Shown: piece after piece, positions 23,627 through 32,000 of the stretch | Position numbering within the stretch: the stretch's first letter is position 1 | Layout: each line of letters starts with the position of its first letter | Assembly: GCF_049243625.1 (NCBI RefSeq) | Contig: NZ_CP046975.1 | Strand: one strand, 5' to 3' | DNA from: Corynebacterium amycolatum | GTDB taxonomy: Bacteria; Actinomycetota; Actinomycetes; Mycobacteriales; Mycobacteriaceae | Length of the DNA: 32,000 nucleotides | Position numbers and translations under genes: made by a program | The notes under the pieces: model-generated | Database searches by the model: none | What the model was told of the DNA's origin: nothing | What the model saw: only the letters and a program-made list of their open reading frames with translations

Positions 23627-24652
23627 CTAGAACACATCTATCTGCCCGCCGACGCTTTCGGCCAACTTCAACTGGTTGATCCAGCCGCCCTCGCCGACGC
23701 GCAGTCGGAAAATCGGGCGGTGAGCAGGGCGAGCCTCGTAGCGGACACGGGCAATCTGACCGGTTTTGGCCAGGTCCATAGCGGTTCCCTCGGTGGCCAA
23801 CTGGGTGCGCGCGGCGGTGAGGCGCTCGATGACGTCGTCAAGCGCGGTGAGCACGGGTTCGGTGTTGTTCTCACACCAGGACATGACCATGTCAGGAGCA
23901 GCGGCGGCGACGCGGGTGCAGTCGCGGAAAGAGCCGGCTGCAAGCGAAATGGCCAGGGGGCCACCGGCTTCACCGGCGGCGGCAATTGCGTAGGCCGCTA
24001 GGTGTGGCATGTGGGAGATGCGGGCGACGCTGGCATCGTGGTGATCGCTCAGCGCTGGAATGAGTTGACTGCCAAGAGCTGCTCCCAAGTTGGCGACCTG
24101 CGAAAAGACTTCAATCCAGCGCTCCGGGACGGGCTCGCCCGCAGCATCGGTAGCAGCTGCCAGGTCGTAGGTGATGACCCAGGGGGCACCGTCGAAAAGC
24201 CCTTCGAGCGTGGCGGACCAGCCCGCCTGCGCAGAACCCGCCATCGGGTGCGCGCCGACGAAGCGTTCCTCCATGCCACGCGCGGCGACCTCGGCGGCGA
24301 CGGCGGCCTTCACGGAGACCACATCCGTGATGCCACAGCTGGGGGCGTGCTCGTTGATGGCATCCAGCATCGCGCCGACGACCGTCATGGGGGTGCCGAT
24401 AACGATGAGTGCGCCGCTGGCCTCAGCGCGTTCGAGAGTGGCCTGAAAATCCGTGCTGGCATCGAATCCCTCCTTCGTGGCTTCCTCGACCGTTGCAGAC
24501 GAGCGATTCCAACCGAAGCATTCGACGTTATGGGCCCGCAGATCGCGCATCATGGAGCCACCGATGAGGCCCAAACCGAGGATGCATACCGCGGGTAGTT
24601 GTGCAGCTGACAGGGAGGACGAAGCAGGGGAGGGGGACTCGAAATTGCTCAC
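23627..24652 (-). CDS. tyrA: prephenate dehydrogenase
   Basis: 341 aa. Rossmann motif ILGLGLIGGS and conserved GAHPMAGS. GTG start at 24650-24652. Gene order tyrA / acidic protein / tadA as in Rv3754-Rv3752c. Confidence 0.85.
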   Translation of the reverse strand: MSNFESPSPASSSLSAAQLPAVCILGLGLIGGSMMRDLRAHNVECFGWNRSSATVEEATKEGFDASTDFQATLERAEASGALIVIGTPMTVVGAMLDAINEHAPSCGITDVVSVKAAVAAEVAARGMEERFVGAHPMAGSAQAGWSATLEGLFDGAPWVITYDLAAATDAAGEPVPERWIEVFSQVANLGAALGSQLIPALSDHHDASVARISHMPHLAAYAIAAAGEAGGPLAISLAAGSFRDCTRVAAAAPDMVMSWCENNTEPVLTALDDVIERLTAARTQLATEGTAMDLAKTGQIARVRYEARPAHRPIFRLRVGEGGWINQLKLAESVGGQIDVF

Positions 24653-24690
24653 CTGACAAGCATGACATACAGCGACTAGCGTTGTGGGTT

Positions 24691-25248
24691 ATGAGCACGA
24701 CCTTTTCCGGAGGGTACACCTCCGATGACGACCGCTCCTTCGCGGTTGCCGTAACTATGGGGGAGCGCGGTTGGCGCGTCGTCGATCTTGGGGACGACGC
24801 CACCGATTCCCTCGCCGACGCTGCACAGGCGCTGCGCAATCTGCGTTCGGAACGCGCCGCTGTCGGAATGCTCAATATCGACGACGATTACTTTATTCTC
24901 GTGCGCCAGGGCGTTGGGTCGCTGCGCGTTGTGCTTTCCGACGCCACCGCCGCCGTCACCGACGACATTGCGGCAGATGTGTTCGACGAGCTGGATCTGG
25001 ATATCCCCGACCTCGACGAGGACGAGCTCGACGATGTCGACGCCTGGGCCGAAGGAGATATGGATATCCTCGCTGACCTGGGCTGTTCGGAGGAAGCCCT
25101 GGAGTCCATCTGTGACGATCAGTCGCTGTGGGCGTCCGAGCAGCTTCTTGCCATTGCCGAGGAGCTGGGGTGCGCCGAGGAGCTCGCCGATGTCGCCGAC
25201 CTGGATTACGACGGTGACGATGACGACTACGACCCCTATGACGACTAA
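24691..25248 (+). CDS. tRNA adenosine deaminase-associated protein (Rv3753c-like, function unknown), highly acidic C-terminus
   Basis: ATG 24691 (MSTTFSGGYTSDDDRSFAVAV...). The upstream 30 codons of the track ORF look like promoter-region read-through. Conserved position between tyrA and tadA. The C-terminal third is D/E-rich. Confidence 0.7.
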   Translation: MSTTFSGGYTSDDDRSFAVAVTMGERGWRVVDLGDDATDSLADAAQALRNLRSERAAVGMLNIDDDYFILVRQGVGSLRVVLSDATAAVTDDIAADVFDELDLDIPDLDEDELDDVDAWAEGDMDILADLGCSEEALESICDDQSLWASEQLLAIAEELGCAEELADVADLDYDGDDDDYDPYDD

Positions 25249-25804
25249 CCCTGACAAAGGTCATCTGGCCGGGCGGCCAAGCGCCCTTGCGGCCAGCCAG
25301 CCAGCTGGTCGGCCAAGCGCCCTGCCCCGTCGAAAACAGGACATTCTCGACGAAGAGTGGATGCGCCTGGCTATCGCCGAAGCTGTTCACACGGCCCCCG
25401 GGGATGTGCCGGTGGGAGCTGTGGTCGTGGATGCCGAGGGCAGGGTTGTGGGCCGGGGCTCGAACCGTCGGGAAGCGGATGGTGACCCACTTGCCCACGC
25501 CGAAGTCATTGCGTTGCGCGAGGCCACCCGCGCTGTTGGTGACGGCTGGCGGCTGGAGCAGTGCACGTTGGTCGTGACACTTGAGCCGTGCGTGATGTGC
25601 GCCGGCGCGTGCGTCATGGGGCGCGTGGGGCGCGTGGTCTTCGGCGCGTGGTCGCCCAAGACCGGCGCGTGCGGCTCTATCGCCGATGTCATCCGCGATC
25701 CCGCCCACGCATTCACGCCGCAGGTGCGCGGGGGTGTGCTTGCCGACGAATGCTCCGTTTACCTGCGGGAATTCTTCGAACGGCAACGGCAGTCGGAAGC
25801 GTGA
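25238..25804 (+). CDS. tadA: tRNA-specific adenosine deaminase
   Basis: Zinc-binding motifs HAEVIALREA and PCVMCAGA, and WMRLAIAEA...VPVGAVVV aligns with the E. coli TadA N-terminus. ATG 25238 overlaps the upstream stop (ATGACGACTAA). The 24788 start of the track ORF is an out-of-frame artefact. Confidence 0.85.
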   Translation: MTTNPDKGHLAGRPSALAASQPAGRPSALPRRKQDILDEEWMRLAIAEAVHTAPGDVPVGAVVVDAEGRVVGRGSNRREADGDPLAHAEVIALREATRAVGDGWRLEQCTLVVTLEPCVMCAGACVMGRVGRVVFGAWSPKTGACGSIADVIRDPAHAFTPQVRGGVLADECSVYLREFFERQRQSEA

Positions 25805-25939
25805 GCGGGGTCACAGTTAGGTCACAATTCCCACTGTGGCCGTGACGAGTCTTCATTTTCACGTACCGTCGGAACTAGTGGGGCTGCTAGACGGTGGCTC
25901 TAGAGAATAGATAAGTCGTTTACATAGGAGGCTTACATA

Positions 25940-26128
25940 ATGAGCGAGCTGCAGAACAAGGCCGACGAGTTGGGCGGCAAGGTTAAGGAAGCTGCCGGCG
26001 ACGCCGTTGGCAACGACGACCTGGCAAACCAGGGCAAGGGCGAGCAGGCTGCGTCCAAGGTCAAGCAGGGTGCTGAGGACCTGAAGGATAAGGCCACTGA
26101 GACCTTGGGCAAGCTGACTGACAAGTAA
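25940..26128 (+). CDS. CsbD family general stress protein
   Basis: 62 aa with the typical CsbD sequence (GKVKEAAGDAVGNDDLANQGKGEQAASKVKQ). AGGAGG Shine-Dalgarno 8 nt upstream. Confidence 0.85.
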   Translation: MSELQNKADELGGKVKEAAGDAVGNDDLANQGKGEQAASKVKQGAEDLKDKATETLGKLTDK

Positions 26129-26152
26129 AGCGCTTAGCTCTCGGGTAGAGAT

Positions 26153-26207
26153 AACCCCAACCGTCTCCGCTTCTGATGTGCGGAGACGGTTGGGGTTCTT
26201 TGTGTTT
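26153..26207. terminator. strong bidirectional intrinsic terminator between csbD and ddh
   Basis: AACCCCAACCGTCTCCGC-TTCTGATG-TGCGGAGACGGTTGGGGTT followed by CTTTGTGTTT. Confidence 0.8.
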
Positions 26208-26236
26208 CGATGGCCGGCTGTCAGCGTTGGGGCTGG

Positions 26237-27217
26237 CTACAGCTTCTGAGCCACCAGGTCATCCAGTGGTTCGGCGGACAGTAGGTACGGGGCGATCTCG
26301 AAGACGGTACGGGCACCAGTCTCGCCAGCCTGCTTCAGGCGGTAGGCAGCGCGACCGTAGGCAACCTGGACGGCTGCGGTGAAGTCGGGGTTGCGCTCCA
26401 GTTCGAGACCGAACTTGATGACGTGACCGGAGGTACCGGCCTGGCCACGGGTAATGACCTGGCCGCCGTGCGGCATGCCCTGGTGGTCGCGGTCGAACTC
26501 CTCTTCAGAGATGAAGTCCACGATGGTCTCGTATGGGGCAAAGTAATCCGGCATGGTCACGATGGTTTCGCGGATCTGCTCCTTGAGCTTGGCGTCCTCG
26601 TCGGCGTTGCCGGTTTCTTCAGCGACGACGAAGCAGTGGCGCAGGTGGCACTCGTTACCCTTCAGGTCTGCGCCCTCGCCCTTCTTCACGGCCTCGATGG
26701 CTTCCGGGTTCGGCTTGGTGTACTGGACCCCCTTCTTCACTCCCGGCACACGACGCACGGCATCGGAGTGGCCCTGCGACAGGCCCGGCCCCCAGAAGGT
26801 CATCTGGTCTGCGCCCGGCAGGATGGCAGCGCCCAGGACGCGGTTCAGGGAGAACAGGCCCGGGTCCCAACCGGTCGAGATCATGGCGATGTTGTCACCC
26901 TCACGAGCGGAGGCGTCCATGGCCGCGCGGTGCTTCGGAATCTCGTGGTGGTTGTCGTAGGTGTCGACCGTCGTAAAGTTCTTTGCTAGCTCAGGGGCCT
27001 GCTCCGGGACATCGGTGGCCGAGCCGAGGCACACGAACAGCACGTCTACCTCGTCCTTGTACTTTTCGACATCCGCAGCCGGGAGCACGCGGGCCTCAGT
27101 GTCCAGCGAATCGCGACGGGAGAAAACACCGACGAGTTCCATATCCGGCTGGTCGGCAATGACCTTTTCGACGCTGCGGCCCAAGTTGCCGTAGCCGATG
27201 ATGGCGGAACGAATCAT
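26237..27217 (-). CDS. ddh: meso-diaminopimelate D-dehydrogenase
   Basis: 326 aa, colinear with C. glutamicum Ddh as I recall it (IGYGNLGRSVEK, DVLFVCLGSATD, TVDTYDNH, STGWDPG, FWGPGLSQGHSDA, MPHGG, RNPDFTA). Confidence 0.93.
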   Translation of the reverse strand: MIRSAIIGYGNLGRSVEKVIADQPDMELVGVFSRRDSLDTEARVLPAADVEKYKDEVDVLFVCLGSATDVPEQAPELAKNFTTVDTYDNHHEIPKHRAAMDASAREGDNIAMISTGWDPGLFSLNRVLGAAILPGADQMTFWGPGLSQGHSDAVRRVPGVKKGVQYTKPNPEAIEAVKKGEGADLKGNECHLRHCFVVAEETGNADEDAKLKEQIRETIVTMPDYFAPYETIVDFISEEEFDRDHQGMPHGGQVITRGQAGTSGHVIKFGLELERNPDFTAAVQVAYGRAAYRLKQAGETGARTVFEIAPYLLSAEPLDDLVAQKL

Positions 27218-27455
27218 GAGGGAGAACCCTTTCTGTGTGGCTGCACTTCTGTGTTTAAGTTTCTAGATTTCAAGCTACAGACTATTCCTTCATATCTCAG
27301 AGGGCGTTGGCCACCCCGAAGAGTGCGGTGGTTTAAGTGAATGGTGCAGTAGATGGAGTGATTTGGGATGGCGGGGCTGTGGTTCTTTGTGAACGGCTTG
27401 GCGGAGGACCGGCGGTGTCGACTGTGCGGACAGCTGAGCCTTCTGACCTGGGGAT

Positions 27456-27484
27456 TTGGTAGATAAAGGGGCTACCTGTAACGT
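27456..27484 (+). promoter_or_regulatory. putative promoter of tRNA-Ser(CGA): TTGGTA - 17 nt - TAACGT
   Basis: Hexamers and spacing read directly. The -10 element ends 8 nt before the mature tRNA 5' end. Confidence 0.35.
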
Positions 27485-27492
27485 TTTCTAGC

Positions 27493-27583
27493 GGTGACGT
27501 GTCCGAGCGGCCGAAGGTGAAGCACTCGAAATGCTTTGTGCGGTAACCCCGTACCGAGGGTTCAAATCCCTCCGTCACCGCCA
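27493..27583 (+). tRNA. tRNA-Ser (anticodon CGA), CCA encoded
   Basis: Acceptor GGTGACG/CGTCACC, anticodon stem AAGCA/TGCTT with loop CTCGAAA, long variable arm, T-arm GAGGG-TTCAAAT-CCCTC. Confidence 0.9.
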
Positions 27584-27585
27584 AT

Positions 27586-27632
27586 AAAACCCCCGGTGGT
27601 TCCTTTAAGTAGGAGCCTCGGGGGTTTTGCAT
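27586..27632 (+). terminator. intrinsic terminator after tRNA-Ser(CGA)
   Basis: AAAACCCCCG...CGGGGGTTTT outer stem (10 bp) with an inner GGTTCC/GGAGCC stem. Confidence 0.6.
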
Positions 27633-28007
27633 TTAATCGGTCCTGAGTGCCTGAGCGTGGTGGGGGTGCAAGAGGTGTTCGTCGTAAAGCGGTAAAGGGC
27701 GAGGTGTCCGACCGGCGCACCTAAATCACAAAAATAACATCAGTAACACACACCCCATTGTTCACGTTCATCCGGGAAGTCCGCTACTCTTAGCAAAAGT
27801 ATTTCCGGTTTTTATGTCGTGCCCGCCCCCAATGACCACGTCAGCGCCAGAGTTGATGTTGGCCAATCCGGGGTGGTCGCTAGCATCGGAGTAGCGAAGA
27901 GGCTTCAAACTGCAGGTAAAGTCCGAGGGAGTGCCTGGTTAGCGCGAACTTGGGGAAGCTGCAGTTGGGGCGGTCCAGGCGAATATTAGACGTAAGGGAA
28001 ACTTGAC

Positions 28008-31000
28008 ATGGCAAAGGCCTTGTTCAAACTCGGCAGGTTCTCCTACCTGCATAAATGGACTGTGATCATCGCGTGGTTCCTGATTTTGGCAGGGCTGGGC
28101 GGTGCAGTTGCCGCATTCCAGAAGGGGTTCATCGACCAGTTCTCGATCCCCGGCATGCCGTCGGCAACGGCTTCGCACGTGATTGAGGAAAAGTTCCCCG
28201 ATGTTCCGAACCCAATTCGAGAGCAGCGTATTTATGTCGCCTTCGAGGCTCCTGAGGGGCAAAGGCTCGATGACCCACAGAATAAAGAGGCTGTTGACCG
28301 GGTCATTAACGGCATCCGCGACAATGTCGGCCAAATCGCCGATGATTTGCAACTTCACAACCCGGTAGACCTTAATCCGAAGATGCAGGCGATGGTCAAG
28401 GAACAGGGCATGGCCGCTGGCCTGCCCAAGGATGTTGCCGAGGCCGACGCCAATGCCTTGCGTACCGTGTCCGATGACGGCCGCTACGGTATTTCCACCT
28501 TTGTTTTCGATGCCAAGATGCCACAGGATATCGAGCCAGAGAATATGCAGGCGCTTCTCGACGCCATGCAGGCCGGTCGTGACGCAGGCATCAAGGTCGA
28601 GGCCTCTGGCCCAGGCATGCAGCCCGCGATTGAGGTAGCTCCGATCTCAGAGATTGTCGGTGTGACCGTGGCGTTTATCGTGCTGGTTGTCACCTTCGGC
28701 TCTCTGGTGGCCTCGTTCCTGCCTATTGTGACGGCGGTAGTGGGCATCATCATCGGTGTCTTTGGCGTGACGCTGATGACCGCATTCACTGACGTCAACT
28801 CGATTACCCCGGTGCTGGCCGTGATGTTCGGTCTGGCCGTCGGTATTGACTACGCACTGTTCATCCTCTCTCGCTACAGGGCAGAAAGAGCCCGAGGGAT
28901 GACCAACGAAGATGCCATCGGCATGGCGACCGGTACGGCTGGCTCCGCTGTGGTTTTCGCAGGCCTCACCGTGATTGTCGCGCTGGCAGCGCTGACGGTT
29001 GCCAAGGTGCCGTTCATGTCCCTGATGGGTATTTCGGCGGCAATCACAGTGGCCTTCACAGTGCTGGTCTCCCTGACCCTGCTGCCGGCAGTTATGTCTC
29101 TGCTGGGGGATAAGGTCTTCGCTGGTCGTGTGCCCGGTGTTGCTGGCAACCCCTCGCGCAATCCGCGCAAGGGGCGCCGCTCTTCCTTCTTCGGTGAGAT
29201 GACGATGGGGCGCCGTTGGGTCACCTTCGTGCACAAGGCTCCAGGGCTGTTCCTGGTCGGCTGCATCGTCTTGCTGTTGGCGTTGGCCTACCCGGCCATG
29301 CACTTGAAGCTGGCGCTGCCGTCGGACTCTACTGCAGCTAAGGACAGCACGAACCGCAAGGCCATCACCATGATTGAAGAGGGCTTCGGCGCGGGACGTA
29401 ACTCGCAGCTCATCATTATTGCCAAGTCGGACGATGTGAAGCCCGATGCGCCGGTGCTCAAACCGCTTATCGAGTCCCTGAAGCAGACCAACCCGGAACT
29501 CTCTGACATCGAGGCCGCCCGCAAGGCTTCCTATAGTTACGCTGTCGACCAGTTCAAATCCAACGTCGGTGTCGAGCACATCCAGATGATTGGCATGAAT
29601 CATGACGGCACTGCGGTCAAGATGATCATGACCCCGAAGTCGGGTCCGCTCGATCCTGCGACCAAGCAGCTGATGAACGCGGTGCGCGACCAGCAGAAGC
29701 AGATTGAGCAAACCACCGGCCTATTCACCGGTGTCACTGGTCTGGTGCCTATTGAAATTGACATCACTGACCGACTCCAGGGCGCAATGCCGCTCTACTT
29801 GGGCGTTGTCGTGGGTCTGGCAGTAATTCTGCTGCTGATGATTTTCCGTTCCCTGATGGTGCCAGTGACTGCCGGTGTGGGCTTCTTGCTCTCTGTCGCA
29901 GCCGCATTCGGTGTCACAGTGGCATTTTTCCAGGATGGCCTCTGGGGTGTGATTAGCACTCCGGGTCCGCTGGTCAGCTTTGTGCCAATCTTCCTCATTG
30001 GTGTGACGTTCGGTTTGGCCATGGACTATCAGGTCTTCCTGGTTTCCCGCATGCGCGAGCATTACACCCACAACAAGGGTGAATCCTCGCCAGAGTCGAA
30101 GTACAACGCGGTCGAAGAATCGGTCGTCGAGGGCTTTACTCTCGGCGCTCGTGTGGTCACGGCCGCTGCGATTATTATGATCTCCGTCTTCGCGGCGTTC
30201 GCCGGGCAGCCCCTGGCGATTATTAAGGTATTCGGTTTCGCGCTGGGTGCCGCAGTGCTTTTCGACGCCTTCGTTATCCGCATGACGTTCATCCCGGCAG
30301 CCATGTTCTTGCTTGGCCGCGCTACGTGGTACATGCCGAAGTGGCTGGACAAGGTGTTGCCTTCTGTGGATGTCGAAGGCTCCGCCCTGGAAGAGGTTTC
30401 CGAGGAGCTGGTGGAGAAGGGCCGCCGGGAGCGTATGGCTCGCGGTGAGTCCCTGTTGCCCGAAAGTGAAGGTGCCGGGCGTGGCTTTGGCGACGCTGAC
30501 GAGGACGAGGACGAAACAGACAGTGCCGATGGTGAAGTCGGTGCTGGTGCAGAGGGGGCAGCCGCTGCAGCTGGTACAGGGGGTACAGCGGGCGGCACTG
30601 CTGTGGCTGTCGCGACCAAGAAGCGTAACCGCTGGATTCCGAAGCGGAAGAAGGCAAAGCTGGAGGAAGTCGAGCAGGCTGACCAGGCTGAGCAGACTGA
30701 ACAGGCCGAACAACCTGAGCGCTCCGAGCAGGCCGAACCGTCCGCCCCGACGGCACCAGCTGAGCCTGAGCAGGCCGAACAGCCGGAGCCGACTGAGCAG
30801 CCGGAGCAGGCAGAGCCGACCGAACAGCTCATGCAGGCAGCGCCAGCTGAACCAACCGACGCCCAGCCGAACCCGGAAAATGCCAAGGATATCGAGGTCC
30901 GTCCGTACTACAGCCCGGCTCGTAAGCGAAAGAAGATTACGGTTGCGGAACTGATGAAGCGCGAAGGACTCGAAGAGGAAGCGCCACGTCGTAGCCGCGC

Positions 31001-31055
31001 CGTGTGGGACCCGGAAAACGCTATTCAGCCCGAGGAAAACGACAGCGCTGAGTAA
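28008..31055 (+). CDS. MMPL family (RND superfamily) transporter, CmpL/MmpL-like, with long low-complexity C-terminal tail
   Basis: 1015 aa. N-terminus MAKALFKLGRFSYLHKWTVIIAWFLIL, two 6-TM bundles with large loops, and conserved GIDYALFILSRYR and GLAMDYQVFLVSRMRE motifs. The tail from about aa 787 is E/Q/A/P-rich. Confidence 0.9.
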   Translation: MAKALFKLGRFSYLHKWTVIIAWFLILAGLGGAVAAFQKGFIDQFSIPGMPSATASHVIEEKFPDVPNPIREQRIYVAFEAPEGQRLDDPQNKEAVDRVINGIRDNVGQIADDLQLHNPVDLNPKMQAMVKEQGMAAGLPKDVAEADANALRTVSDDGRYGISTFVFDAKMPQDIEPENMQALLDAMQAGRDAGIKVEASGPGMQPAIEVAPISEIVGVTVAFIVLVVTFGSLVASFLPIVTAVVGIIIGVFGVTLMTAFTDVNSITPVLAVMFGLAVGIDYALFILSRYRAERARGMTNEDAIGMATGTAGSAVVFAGLTVIVALAALTVAKVPFMSLMGISAAITVAFTVLVSLTLLPAVMSLLGDKVFAGRVPGVAGNPSRNPRKGRRSSFFGEMTMGRRWVTFVHKAPGLFLVGCIVLLLALAYPAMHLKLALPSDSTAAKDSTNRKAITMIEEGFGAGRNSQLIIIAKSDDVKPDAPVLKPLIESLKQTNPELSDIEAARKASYSYAVDQFKSNVGVEHIQMIGMNHDGTAVKMIMTPKSGPLDPATKQLMNAVRDQQKQIEQTTGLFTGVTGLVPIEIDITDRLQGAMPLYLGVVVGLAVILLLMIFRSLMVPVTAGVGFLLSVAAAFGVTVAFFQDGLWGVISTPGPLVSFVPIFLIGVTFGLAMDYQVFLVSRMREHYTHNKGESSPESKYNAVEESVVEGFTLGARVVTAAAIIMISVFAAFAGQPLAIIKVFGFALGAAVLFDAFVIRMTFIPAAMFLLGRATWYMPKWLDKVLPSVDVEGSALEEVSEELVEKGRRERMARGESLLPESEGAGRGFGDADEDEDETDSADGEVGAGAEGAAAAAGTGGTAGGTAVAVATKKRNRWIPKRKKAKLEEVEQADQAEQTEQAEQPERSEQAEPSAPTAPAEPEQAEQPEPTEQPEQAEPTEQLMQAAPAEPTDAQPNPENAKDIEVRPYYSPARKRKKITVAELMKREGLEEEAPRRSRAVWDPENAIQPEENDSAE

Positions 31056-31116
31056 CTTGCGAATAGTACCCAGGTAACCTCAATGCATTAGCACTGGACC
31101 ACAACCAAGGAGCTTC

Positions 31117-32000
31117 ATGTCGCAGTCGAGGACGACGGGCTTTGACGTCGTAAAGCAAATCGAAGGCGCGCGCGGACGTGCTGGCACCATCCACACCCCG
31201 CATGGCGATATTGCTACGCCGGCGTTCATTCCGGTCGGCACGAAGGCGACCGTGAAGACACTCACGCCCGAGCAGGTGCGATCCACCGGCGCGCAGGCGA
31301 TGCTGTCGAACGCGTACCACCTGTACCTGCAGCCCGGCGAGGAAATCGTCGACCAAGCCGGCGGATTGGCTAAGTTCTCCAACTGGAACGGTCCGACGTT
31401 CACCGACTCCGGTGGATTCCAGGTGCTCAGCCTCGGCGCGGGCTTTAAAAAGACCCTCGCGATGGACGTCACTGGCATGCAGAAAGACGACATCGTCGCC
31501 GAGGGCAAAGAGCGCAACGCGTTCGTCGATGAGGACGGCGTGACTTTCCGCTCGCACATCGATGGCTCCGAGCACCGTTTCACGCCGGAGGTGTCCATGC
31601 GTATTCAGCACGCGCTGGGCGCTGACATCATGATGGCATTTGACGAGCTCACCACGCTCATGAACACCCGCGGCTACCAGGAGGCGTCCGTCGCGCGCAC
31701 GCACCGCTGGGCGCGCCGTTGCCTGGAGGCTCACAACGAGCTGACAGTTTCGCGCGGTCAGGTCGACGGGCACGTCCATTCGCTTGACGACGGCCAGTTG
31801 CCCATCCAGCAGTTATTCGGTGTCGTGCAGGGTGCGCAGTACGAAGACCTGCGCCGCAAGGCCGCCCGCGGGCTGGTCGAGCTCTCCCGCGAGTTCGAGG
31901 ACGCCAGCCAGCTCGGTTTCCACGGCTATGGCATTGGTGGGGCGATTGAGAAGCAGAATCTGGGCCTGATCTGCGGTTGGGTCAATGACGAGCTTCCCGA
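31117..32000 (+). CDS. tgt: tRNA-guanine transglycosylase (queuine tRNA-ribosyltransferase), 5' partial (runs off window)
   Basis: My own translation from ATG 31117 (AAGGAG 5 nt upstream) stays open to the window end: MSQSRTTGFDVVKQIEGARGRAGTIHTPHGDIATPAFIPVGTKATVK...FTDSGGFQVLSL...GADIMMAFDE...GYGIGG. Absent from the ORF track because it has no stop in the window. Confidence 0.9.
   Translation, partial: MSQSRTTGFDVVKQIEGARGRAGTIHTPHGDIATPAFIPVGTKATVKTLTPEQVRSTGAQAMLSNAYHLYLQPGEEIVDQAGGLAKFSNWNGPTFTDSGGFQVLSLGAGFKKTLAMDVTGMQKDDIVAEGKERNAFVDEDGVTFRSHIDGSEHRFTPEVSMRIQHALGADIMMAFDELTTLMNTRGYQEASVARTHRWARRCLEAHNELTVSRGQVDGHVHSLDDGQLPIQQLFGVVQGAQYEDLRRKAARGLVELSREFEDASQLGFHGYGIGGAIEKQNLGLICGWVNDELP

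Noticed and set aside
24788-25237. N-terminal 150 codons of the 338-aa ORF 24788..25804
   Set aside because: It is an out-of-frame overlap of the acidic tadA-associated gene with Pro/Ser/Thr-rich noise. TadA homology begins only after ATG 25238.
25809-25841. Hairpin GGTCACAG...CTGTGGCC after tadA as a terminator
   Set aside because: It is an 8-bp stem with a G-U pair and a 17-nt loop, and only a weak distal T-run. That is too weak to annotate, and it may instead relate to the csbD promoter.
27908-27966. Inverted repeat AACTGCAG ... CTGCAGTT in the MMPL leader as a regulatory hairpin or riboswitch
   Set aside because: It is an 8-bp stem built on the self-palindromic CTGCAG with a 43-nt unstructured loop. 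There is no recognisable riboswitch core, so it is within chance expectation.
28647-30886. 354-aa, 330-aa and 274-aa minus-strand ORFs inside the MMPL gene
   Set aside because: They are antisense to a clear 12-TM MMPL transporter and have His/Arg/Gln-rich nonsense composition.
31021-31779. 252-aa minus-strand ORF, the only long ORF the track shows here
   Set aside because: The opposite strand encodes tgt from ATG 31117, with the TDSGGFQV motif and a good AAGGAG RBS. That frame stays open to the window end, which explains its absence from the track.

Overview
High-GC actinobacterial chromosome segment, most consistent with a Corynebacterium-type genome. This rests on ddh, an MMPL/CmpL-like transporter, and gene order resembling M. 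tuberculosis Rv3752c-Rv3754 and Rv3777-Rv3783; I recall that synteny from memory and did not search for it. Most of the window is core metabolism and cell-envelope biosynthesis. It holds the arabinogalactan galactan module (GtrA-like, glfT2, then wzm-wzt-glfT1 on the minus strand), a class V aminotransferase-like gene, qor, an aromatic/histidinol-phosphate aminotransferase, a single-chain large purL, an LLM oxidoreductase, a family III CoA-transferase and tyrA. It also holds the acidic tadA-associated protein with tadA, csbD, ddh, an MMPL transporter and the 5' part of tgt, which runs off the window and is missing from the ORF track. There are five tRNA genes: Ser-UGA, Ser-GCU, Ser-CGA and two identical Arg-ACG. 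I found no CRISPR array, cas genes, integrase or transposase. The most unusual signal is non-coding: a structured repeat element in three same-orientation copies (about 6588-6870, 16842-17005, 21329-21449). It is built from CACTTRT-initiated units with conserved 21/32/19-nt phasing and ends in twin ATCGAT palindromes 19 nt apart. Downstream lie short tandem repeats and strongly C-rich (opposite strand G-rich) tracts. Two copies sit directly behind the duplicated tRNA-Arg(ACG)+terminator modules that bracket purL. The third closes a lower-GC islet (about 5280-6900) that carries an orphan AbiEi/DUF559-like gene preceded by two perfect DnaA boxes. All functional interpretations of these elements are inference. 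Gene calls rest on recognisable motifs in the supplied translations.
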